Shown one piece after another: positions 28,491 to 36,159 of a DNA stretch of 61,972 bases (positions are counted from its first letter, which is position 1; every line of letters starts with the position of its first letter). The position numbers were made by a program, and so were the translations under genes. The stretch comes from an uncultured Bacilli bacterium (GTDB lineage: Bacteria > Bacillota_I > Bacilli_A > RF39 > UBA660): positions 1 through 61,972 of the forward strand of contig CAKPFH010000002.1 of NCBI GenBank assembly GCA_934153655.1. The letters are read 5' to 3'. The notes under the pieces were generated by a model, which was not told where the DNA came from, did no database searches, and saw only the letters and a list, made by a program, of their open reading frames with translations.

Positions 28491-29011
28491 TGCAAATTCG
28501 TCTTGCCAATCCTTTACAAAAAGATAGTGTAGTTGATGGACCAGGAATTAGAATGGTCGTTTGGACTCAAGGATGTCCCCATCACTGCCTAAATTGTCAT
28601 AACCCCGAAACTCATTCTTTTGATAAAGGATTTATAACTGATACTACTAATATAATCAATGAAATCAAAAATTCGGAACTTCAAGATGGCTTGACTTTTT
28701 CTGGAGGAGATCCCATGATGCAACCACTTCCTTGTTTAGAAATTGCTAAATCTGCTAAAGAAATGGGACTTAATGTTTGGTGTTATACCGGTTTTCTCTT
28801 TGAAAAATTATTAGAAATACCAGATTGTGTTGAATTTTTAAAATATGTTGATGTCTTAGTTGATGGACCATTTATTGATTCTTTAAAAAGTTATAGCGCT
28901 AAATATCGAGGTTCTAAAAATCAAAGAATAATAAATGTTAAACCATCTTTAAAAAAACAAAAAGCTGTTCTTGTAAAAGAATATATAATAAGAGATAAGT
29001 TAGTTAATTAA
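28490..29011 (+). CDS. nrdG: Anaerobic RNR activating protein (radical SAM)
   Basis: TAATG overlap with nrdD. CPHHCLNCHNP (CxxxCxxC). GLTFSGGDP. Confidence 0.9.
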   Translation: MQIRLANPLQKDSVVDGPGIRMVVWTQGCPHHCLNCHNPETHSFDKGFITDTTNIINEIKNSELQDGLTFSGGDPMMQPLPCLEIAKSAKEMGLNVWCYTGFLFEKLLEIPDCVEFLKYVDVLVDGPFIDSLKSYSAKYRGSKNQRIINVKPSLKKQKAVLVKEYIIRDKLVN

Positions 29012-29314
29012 TTCTAACTTATCTCCTTTTTTTAAATCTTTTAAAAAATTATTAGGTAGTTCATAGATATAATAAGCATTTTTATTAAAAACTATTTTAT
29101 TTTTTTCTAAATTCTTTTTAAAATCTATTGTAATATTATCTTTATTTGTTATAATAACATCTATATTTTCTTTCATAAGAAAAGTATGAATACTTTTAGT
29201 TTTAAAAACTAAAGCTTTGTTAATATTTCTTTGAAACATAAAACCAATTAATCTTTTAATTGGAGTATTAGCTTTTTCTAAATAAATTATTTGATTGTTA
29301 ACTTTTAGTTTCAT
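29000..29314 (-). CDS. DUF192-like small protein
   Basis: The start is taken at the internal ATG 29314 (MKLKVNN...) behind AAGGTGA. The sequence pattern P..R..GFMF......ALVF....SIHTF is typical of the DUF192/COG1430 family. The 72-codon upstream extension in the ORF track has no support. Confidence 0.55.
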   Translation of the reverse strand: MKLKVNNQIIYLEKANTPIKRLIGFMFQRNINKALVFKTKSIHTFLMKENIDVIITNKDNITIDFKKNLEKNKIVFNKNAYYIYELPNNFLKDLKKGDKLELIN

Positions 29315-29382
29315 TTTATCACCTTGACTTTTCCCTAATTTTAATATAACATAATATATGAATATGTCAAGGTGGTGATTAA

Positions 29383-30132
29383 ATGGGGCAAGAAAGAATG
29401 ACTGTTGATGAATGGAATGAAATTCGTGTTTTAGTTGATGAATATGTTCAAAAACTAGATGATGAAAAAAGAATGGTAAGACCAGAAAGTAGTAAAACCG
29501 AAGACGAGAAATTAATTGAAGAATTAGCAAGAAGAGTTTATGAAAGATCAGTTATGATTGAACCAGCTATAACTAATGATATTCGAGAATTAACAAGAAG
29601 CACCAATGGAAGTTTGTTAGGTAGATATGATTATCAAGAAGGAGTAATTATCCCATCTCATGTTTTAAAAGAAAAAGCAAGTATTAAAAGAAAAATTGTA
29701 GGTGATAGTGCTGCTTATCATGGTAGTTTTGAAGAAGCTGCTAATCATCTTCGCGATAGTGTAAGATATACAATTATTTTTGATGATGATAGTTATATTC
29801 AAGGCGTAGATAGTTTTTTGCATCAATTAGAAGACTTAGGTTACTATGATATAGAAGTTAAAAATAACTGGGGATCTGAAACTTGTCAAGGAATAAATGC
29901 TAAGTTAAAAACAAGTGATGGTATCTATTTTGAAATACAATTTCATACTCCATACGGTCATCACATAAAAGAAGAGTGTACAAGAACTTTATATCGAGTT
30001 ATCCGTGATGATGATGCACCAGGTAAATTAAAGTTTAAAGCTAACAAATTAAGAAAAATATTACAGGCAAGTGTAAAAATGCCAGTTAATGCCAAAGATT
30101 ATCAATTTCAATCAGGAATGAAGAGGAGGTAA
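29383..30132 (+). CDS. RelA/SpoT-fold nucleotide pyrophosphokinase-like protein (toxSAS-like candidate toxin)
   Basis: RBS AAGGTGGTGA. By-eye alignment to small alarmone synthetases: LKEKASIKRKI ~ RVK..SI.EK; LRDSVRYTIIFDDD ~ D.AG.RI.C..  .D; CQGINAKLK ~ GYRS.H..V; FEIQFHT (nt 29932-29949) ~ EIQIRT. Confidence 0.6.
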   Translation: MGQERMTVDEWNEIRVLVDEYVQKLDDEKRMVRPESSKTEDEKLIEELARRVYERSVMIEPAITNDIRELTRSTNGSLLGRYDYQEGVIIPSHVLKEKASIKRKIVGDSAAYHGSFEEAANHLRDSVRYTIIFDDDSYIQGVDSFLHQLEDLGYYDIEVKNNWGSETCQGINAKLKTSDGIYFEIQFHTPYGHHIKEECTRTLYRVIRDDDAPGKLKFKANKLRKILQASVKMPVNAKDYQFQSGMKRR

Positions 30133-30133
30133 T

Positions 30134-30574
30134 ATGCAATATTTTATTTATACAAATGGTTCATCTGTTGAACAAATTATTATTAGACTTAATGATTCTA
30201 AAAATGCTGAATATTTTGATTATGATGGTTCATGGAAAAAATGTGATTTATCAAAATTAAAATTATGTGGAGAAGTTCAAGAAATTACAGAATCTCAATT
30301 TAGAAAAATTCAAGATAATAATTATAAATATTATTTTTGCAAGAAAAGAGAACCTAAATTATTAGTTCGTATTTTCAATGAAATTTATTTAGAAATCTAT
30401 GATGAAAATTCTAATACTTGGAAAAAAGCTCCTAATAGTACATGGTTATCTAATATATTATATGATGGTGATTCTGATTTTGAAGAAATAAATGCTAAAG
30501 ATGCTTTTATTTATAAAAATAGTATCATTGAAAAAAATATAAATAATGAAAATAATAAAAAGATGACAAGATAA
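30134..30574 (+). CDS. Hypothetical protein, internally duplicated. Candidate antitoxin/immunity partner of the upstream gene
   Basis: The AGGAGG RBS lies inside the 3' end of the upstream gene, and the ATG starts 1 nt after its stop. Two similar halves: IIIRLNDSKNAEYFDYDGSWKK and LLVRIFNEIYLEIYDENSNTWKK. Confidence 0.5.
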   Translation: MQYFIYTNGSSVEQIIIRLNDSKNAEYFDYDGSWKKCDLSKLKLCGEVQEITESQFRKIQDNNYKYYFCKKREPKLLVRIFNEIYLEIYDENSNTWKKAPNSTWLSNILYDGDSDFEEINAKDAFIYKNSIIEKNINNENNKKMTR

Positions 30575-30627
30575 TTCTTGTTATTTTTTCTTTATGATAG
30601 TATAATTATGATAGAAAGTAGGTAATT

Positions 30628-32883
30628 ATGGCTAAGAGAAAGAAAAGAAAAGAAACAAAAAAATTTGGTTATCAAGCAGAATTATATGGACTTTTATATA
30701 TATTAATTGGCATACTTGGAATATGTGGATATGGTCCTTGTGGGGAACTTATCTGTGCTTTTTCAGCTTTTTTGTTTGGATGTTTATATTTAGTATTTTT
30801 AGTTGGGTTAATTATAATAGGTTTATATATTTTATTAAAGAAAGAATATCCAGATTTTTTAAATACCAAATTAATAGGCTTTTATATTTTATTGATTGGA
30901 CTATTGATGATGTTACATGTTTCTTATATTAATATTGAATTTACTACCTTCTTAGATACTTTAACTAAAACATTTACAAACTTAATGAAAGTATTTGATA
31001 TTGTAGATGGTGCTAATCGTACCTTAACATTTACAAATATAGGTGGAGGTATGATCGGTGGTTTCTTTGTTAGTTTATTTGCAACTCTTTTTGCAACTAA
31101 TGGCGTTAAAATAATTTATATTTGCTTAATAGCCTTTGGTATTTTAATAATAACTGGTTTAAGTATAGCTGATACTGTATCTAAGATAGTAAGTAGTAGT
31201 AAAAAGATGTTACCTCATAAAACAAAGGTTGAAAGTCCTTTAGTAAATGCTAGTCATGATGTTAAAATAAATGATAATGTAAACGAAGATGATGGTAAAG
31301 TAGTAATTTCCAATATCAATGAGCTAAAAAAAGCTAAAATAGTTGATACAAATGCTGAAACTAATCAAGAGGTTGATACAAAAGAACCAGTAAAAGAAGT
31401 TGTTCAAACCAATGAAAATTATAAATTGCCACCTCTTAGTTTATTAGATGAACCTAAAAAAACTAAAAATAATAATCAAGCTAATATAGAATCTAATATT
31501 AAAAAACTAGAAGAAGTATTATATGAATTTGGTATAGTTGGTCATGTTGTTGAAGTAACCGTAGGACCTGCAATTACCCAGTATGAACTTGAATTAAAAC
31601 CAGGTACAAAGTTATCTAAATTAACCGGAATTAATAAAGAAATAAGTTTAGCTCTTGCTAAAAAAGATGTTCGTATTCAAGCTCCTATTCCGGGAAAAAG
31701 TACAGTAGGAATTGAAATTTCTAATGAAAATCCAACAACCGTTTATGTAAAAGAAATCATGGAAAAATTAGTTTCTGAGAAATCTGATAATAAATTATTA
31801 GTAGCCCTTGGAAAAGATATTTTAAGTAAACCAAAGTACTGTGAAATAAATAAAACACCCCATCTTTTAGTAGCAGGAGCAACTGGATCTGGTAAATCAG
31901 TTTGTATTAACTGTATCCTTGCTAGTATTTTAATGCGAGCTAAACCAGATGAAGTAAAACTTTTATTGGTTGATCCGAAAAAAGTTGAATTATCAATTTT
32001 CAATGGTGTACCTCATTTATTAGCACCAGTTGTAACCGATCCTAAAAAAGCTAGTGTTGCCTTAGCTAAAATTGTTAAAGAAATGGAAGATAGATACGAT
32101 TTATTTGAAGAAAAAAAAGTAAAAAATATTGGTTCTTACAATGAAATGATTGAAAAGAAAAATAAAACTTTACCAGAAGATAGTAAACTTAAAAAAATGC
32201 CATACATTGTTGTTATTGTTGATGAACTTGCTGATTTAATGCTTGTTGCTTCTAAAGAAGTTGAAGATTCAATCATGCGAATTACCCAAATGGCTCGTGC
32301 TGCCGGAATTCATTTAATTATAGCAACCCAAAGACCATCAACTGATGTTATCACAGGTGTTATTAAAGCCAATATTCCATCTCGTATATCATTTGCTGTT
32401 TCATCAGGAATCGATTCAAGAACCATCCTTGATATGACCGGAGCTGAAAAATTACTTGGTCGAGGTGATATGTTATTTTTACCTATGGGAGAATCTACTC
32501 CAACAAGAATTCAAGGTGCTTGGATAACCGAAGAAGAAGTTGATAGAATTGTTAAGTATACAATTAGCCAACAAACAGCTATGTATGATGAAAAAATGAT
32601 GAACTTAAATTCTCCAGTTGAATCTACCGGTAAAATCGATGCTAACACCGAGGTTAAAGAAGAATACGACGATCCTTTATATGATGAAATCGTTGAATTT
32701 GTAATTACTAGTGGTAAAGCCAGTGCTTCCCTTTTACAAAGAAGATTTAAACTAGGTTATAACAGAGCTGCAAGAATAGTTGATTTACTAGAAGAAAGAG
32801 GAATAATTGGACCTCAAAACGGTTCAAAACCACGGGAAGTATTAGTAAAATTACAAGACAATGATGTTGAAACAATAGATTGA
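30628..32883 (+). CDS. ftsK: DNA translocase FtsK/SpoIIIE
   Basis: Four N-terminal TM helices, a linker, Walker A GATGSGKS, Walker B VVIVDELADL, and a C-terminal gamma (winged-helix) domain SASLLQRRFKLGYNRAARIVD. Confidence 0.9.
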   Translation: MAKRKKRKETKKFGYQAELYGLLYILIGILGICGYGPCGELICAFSAFLFGCLYLVFLVGLIIIGLYILLKKEYPDFLNTKLIGFYILLIGLLMMLHVSYINIEFTTFLDTLTKTFTNLMKVFDIVDGANRTLTFTNIGGGMIGGFFVSLFATLFATNGVKIIYICLIAFGILIITGLSIADTVSKIVSSSKKMLPHKTKVESPLVNASHDVKINDNVNEDDGKVVISNINELKKAKIVDTNAETNQEVDTKEPVKEVVQTNENYKLPPLSLLDEPKKTKNNNQANIESNIKKLEEVLYEFGIVGHVVEVTVGPAITQYELELKPGTKLSKLTGINKEISLALAKKDVRIQAPIPGKSTVGIEISNENPTTVYVKEIMEKLVSEKSDNKLLVALGKDILSKPKYCEINKTPHLLVAGATGSGKSVCINCILASILMRAKPDEVKLLLVDPKKVELSIFNGVPHLLAPVVTDPKKASVALAKIVKEMEDRYDLFEEKKVKNIGSYNEMIEKKNKTLPEDSKLKKMPYIVVIVDELADLMLVASKEVEDSIMRITQMARAAGIHLIIATQRPSTDVITGVIKANIPSRISFAVSSGIDSRTILDMTGAEKLLGRGDMLFLPMGESTPTRIQGAWITEEEVDRIVKYTISQQTAMYDEKMMNLNSPVESTGKIDANTEVKEEYDDPLYDEIVEFVITSGKASASLLQRRFKLGYNRAARIVDLLEERGIIGPQNGSKPREVLVKLQDNDVETID

Positions 32884-32927
32884 TAAAATAAAAAAAATAT
32901 GATATATTAATTAATATAGGAGGGTGT

Positions 32928-33452
32928 ATGACAATAGGATATTTATTAAGTGTTTTAGATTTATATTTACTAAAAGAAAAAAATAATACTTTATTAATTC
33001 AAGTAGATAATAAAGAAAACTTAGTTAAATTTAATTTTACTTATTCATTTGATTCTATTAATCAAACATTTGTTAAAATAGATAAAGATTTATTCTTTAA
33101 TAATTTAGATGAAATAGTTAAAAAAATAATTGGTAATTTAGAATTAGTTAAAGAAGATTTAGAGACTAAAAATAACAAAAATATTTATACTTTAAATTAT
33201 TCTAGTAAAAGAATAGTAACATTTGTTGGTTTTAACAAAGATGAAATGGTAAAAATAAGAGATAAATTTAATTTAAAAGAATCTTTTAGTTTTGATATTT
33301 TAAAAGATACTTATGATAATAAATTATTAGTTAATTCTAATTTAAAATTACAACTTGGTTTTTCAAGTTATATGTCTTTGTTTTTATCCTCTATATTTTT
33401 ACTTGATGTATTAATGATTTCACTTTGGGTATTTAAAGCATTTTTAGCTTGA
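32928..33452 (+). CDS. Hypothetical protein with C-terminal TM helix
   Basis: RBS AGGAGGG. No recognisable motif. Confidence 0.45.
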   Translation: MTIGYLLSVLDLYLLKEKNNTLLIQVDNKENLVKFNFTYSFDSINQTFVKIDKDLFFNNLDEIVKKIIGNLELVKEDLETKNNKNIYTLNYSSKRIVTFVGFNKDEMVKIRDKFNLKESFSFDILKDTYDNKLLVNSNLKLQLGFSSYMSLFLSSIFLLDVLMISLWVFKAFLA

Positions 33453-33471
33453 TATGTGTTTAGGGGGACTT

Positions 33472-34761
33472 ATGGAAAAATATGATTTAGCACCAGCTGA
33501 TAAATATCTTGTTTACAGTAAGGGCATAATAAATGAAGATAAACAAAAAGTATTAACAAATTTATATCAACCAATAATTGGATCAACAGCTATTTCTTTA
33601 TATTTAACTTTATTAGATGATTTAAATAAAAAAGATTTAAGTAATAACTTTAATCATCATCATTTAATGACCCTAATGCAATTAAAACTTGAAATAATAA
33701 AAGAAGCTAGATATCGTCTAGAAGCAATTGGTCTTTTAAAAACTTATTTAAAAAAAGGAGAAATAGATGAATATTTATATGTTTTATATGCACCTATTTC
33801 CGCTTATGATTTTTTTAATCATCCTATTTTAAATATAGTTTTATATAATAATATTGGTACAACTGAGTATCAAAGATTACAAGAATACTATAAAACAACT
33901 AAAATAAATACAAAAGAATATGAAGATATAACTTCTAGTTTTGAAACAGTTTTTACCTCTTCCGTTAATCAAAATTTATTATTTGATAATAGTAATATTA
34001 TTAATAATCAAAAACGAAGTATTGTTGTTAAAAGTGATATAGATATAGATTTATTAATTTCTAGTATTCCAAAGAGATTAGTAAATAATAAATGTTTTAC
34101 AGATGATATAAAAGAATTAATAATAAACTTAGCTTATATTTATAAAATAGATAATTTAAATATGCAAGGTTTAGTTAGAAATAGTTTAAATGAAAGAGGT
34201 TTAATTGATAAAACGGAATTAAAAAATAATTGTCGCAATTATTATCAATTTGAAAATAATGGTAGACTTCCAACTTTAATTTATAATAAACAACCTGAAT
34301 ATTTAAAAACTCCTTTAGGAGATGATTCTAAATTAGCGCATTTAATTTATACATTTGAAAATACTAGTCCATATGATTTTTTAAAGAAAAGTTATGGTAA
34401 TATAGAACCAACTAATAGAGATAAAAAATTAATAGAAAATTTAATGTTAGAACAAAAATTAAATCCAGGAGTTGTAAATGTCTTAATTGATTATGTTTTA
34501 AAAGTAAATAATAAAAAATTAAATAAAGATTATGTAGAAACCATAGTAGGACAATGGAAAAGATTAAAGGTAGAAACAGTTGTAGATGCTATGGAAATAT
34601 GTAAAAAAGAACATAAAAAGATTAAGAAAATCATGGTAAAAAATGATATTAAAATAAATAATAATATGGAAGAAAATGTTCCTACTTGGTTTAATAAAAA
34701 TCAAGTAAAAGAAGAAACAGGGTTAGATGAGTTGAATGATGTATTAAAGGAGTTTGATTAA
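33472..34761 (+). CDS. dnaB: Replication initiation and membrane attachment protein (Bacillus DnaB/DnaD family, not the helicase)
   Basis: ATG at 33472 behind GGGGGA. N-terminal VLTNLYQPIIGSTAISLYLTL. C-terminal DnaB_2-like YVLKVNNKKLNKDYVETIVGQWKRLKVETVVDAM. Confidence 0.7.
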   Translation: MEKYDLAPADKYLVYSKGIINEDKQKVLTNLYQPIIGSTAISLYLTLLDDLNKKDLSNNFNHHHLMTLMQLKLEIIKEARYRLEAIGLLKTYLKKGEIDEYLYVLYAPISAYDFFNHPILNIVLYNNIGTTEYQRLQEYYKTTKINTKEYEDITSSFETVFTSSVNQNLLFDNSNIINNQKRSIVVKSDIDIDLLISSIPKRLVNNKCFTDDIKELIINLAYIYKIDNLNMQGLVRNSLNERGLIDKTELKNNCRNYYQFENNGRLPTLIYNKQPEYLKTPLGDDSKLAHLIYTFENTSPYDFLKKSYGNIEPTNRDKKLIENLMLEQKLNPGVVNVLIDYVLKVNNKKLNKDYVETIVGQWKRLKVETVVDAMEICKKEHKKIKKIMVKNDIKINNNMEENVPTWFNKNQVKEETGLDELNDVLKEFD

Positions 34762-34764
34762 TTA

Positions 34765-36159
34765 GTGAAAAAAGTATTTTTAAAGTTAATAATACCATGT
34801 TTCTTATTTTTATCATTAATTATTAATGTAAAAGCTTATAGTTTGCATTGTGAATATCAAATAGGTGATAATGAAAATATTAAAATTACAATCGATTATG
34901 ATAAAGATAAAGAAGAATATAAAACTCCTAATGTAGTTCTTAAACTTCCTCATCCGTCTCTTAGTAGTTATTATCACGTTTTTTCTTATATCCCAGTTGA
35001 AGCTTTACAAAAGTCAGAAACTGATTCAACTCTTGCTTGTCCTAATCTTTTTCTAGAACAAAAACAACAAAAGGCATATATTCATAATTATGTTTATTAT
35101 CGTAAAGCTGATTGTACTCAAACTGGTAGTTGTTCAGAAATAAAAATATTAACTGATAAATCAAAAGTTGATAATACAGGCAAGCCAAATAATGGTGGCA
35201 CAACAGATAATCCTAGTAATCCAGGTGATTCAACTCAAGATCCAAATACTTCAACTACAGACTCAGGATTACCTTGTTATTGTGAAAGTCAAACTAAAAG
35301 CAGTAAAAATATTAAATTTACTATAAAAAAAGATAATAATGGTAATTTTACTTATATTGATGTAAAACAAAATAATATAATAACATCAACTAATAATTAT
35401 CGATTTATTTATAATATAACTGATTATAAGTGTCCAGATTATTTAGATATAAAATTTCTTCATAATACTGGTGTATTTCAAGATTATTCAGTGACACCTG
35501 GGACTTCTTCTTCAGAATATAAATGTAATAAGTATGATTATACTTATCGTAATGATAATGACTTTCAATTAAATTATTATTTACTTCCAAGTGGTACAAC
35601 AACTTGTAGAATTACTAAAGATTCAAATAATAATTATGTTGCTAATATAAAAGATCAAAAAATTGAAATAACTAACATGTCAACTTTTAATCCTAATAGT
35701 CCTCCAAGTTACATTATAAAAGATGGGGTAACCGGTAAGTATTCATTTTCAGAAAAAGCTGATAGTAGTGGTAATAATAAAATTTATACTCTTGCTTCTA
35801 AAATTAGCGAGTTTGGAAATCTTTCAATAGGTGAAATTGAAAAAACTTGCGAAGCTATCTTCGGAGAAGATTTCATTTATTTTGTAAAAAAGAATGTTTT
35901 AAATGTTATTTATATAGTTGTTCCAATTCTTTTATTAGTTTTAACAACAATTGATTTTGTTAAAGTAGTTATGAGTAATGAAAAAGATGGAGTTAAAAAA
36001 GCCGGAACTAGATTTGGTAAAAGAGTAATAGCTGCTATTTTAATTTATTTAACTCCAACAATTCTTATATTTTTAGCCGAAATCATGGGTGCTAGTCCTA
36101 TAAGTGATTGTGCTAAATATATTCAAAAAATAAGTAAAGAGGAGAATAGTAGCGAATGA
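34765..36159 (+). CDS. Secreted Cys-rich two-module protein with conserved C-terminal two-helix membrane hairpin (paralogue A)
   Basis: GTG start 13 nt after AAGGAG. Signal peptide ending VKA. Two C-x-Y...I-K-x-T-I...C-P modules separated by an N/P/T/S-rich linker. C-terminal 120 aa are shared with the next gene. Confidence 0.6.
   Translation: MKKVFLKLIIPCFLFLSLIINVKAYSLHCEYQIGDNENIKITIDYDKDKEEYKTPNVVLKLPHPSLSSYYHVFSYIPVEALQKSETDSTLACPNLFLEQKQQKAYIHNYVYYRKADCTQTGSCSEIKILTDKSKVDNTGKPNNGGTTDNPSNPGDSTQDPNTSTTDSGLPCYCESQTKSSKNIKFTIKKDNNGNFTYIDVKQNNIITSTNNYRFIYNITDYKCPDYLDIKFLHNTGVFQDYSVTPGTSSSEYKCNKYDYTYRNDNDFQLNYYLLPSGTTTCRITKDSNNNYVANIKDQKIEITNMSTFNPNSPPSYIIKDGVTGKYSFSEKADSSGNNKIYTLASKISEFGNLSIGEIEKTCEAIFGEDFIYFVKKNVLNVIYIVVPILLLVLTTIDFVKVVMSNEKDGVKKAGTRFGKRVIAAILIYLTPTILIFLAEIMGASPISDCAKYIQKISKEENSSE
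35785..36144 (+). repeat. Conserved 3' block of paralogue A (copy 1 of a dispersed direct repeat)
   Basis: Encodes YTLASKISEFG...KYIQKISKEE. By hand count, 102 of 120 residues are identical to the block at 37407-37766. Confidence 0.75.

Noticed and set aside
29315-29530. 72-codon N-terminal extension of the minus-strand DUF192 ORF, overlapping the start of the toxSAS-like gene
   Set aside because: The extension is H/F/L-rich antisense-looking sequence with no RBS. The internal ATG at 29314 has a good AAGGTGA RBS and gives a typical DUF192-sized protein.
30592-30614. Direct repeat TTATGATAG x2 flanking the -10 box of the ftsK promoter, as a regulator site
   Set aside because: The repeat is short (9 nt) and AT-rich, and it overlaps a plausible TTGTTA-17-TATAAT promoter. 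It could be chance, and nothing else supports a function.
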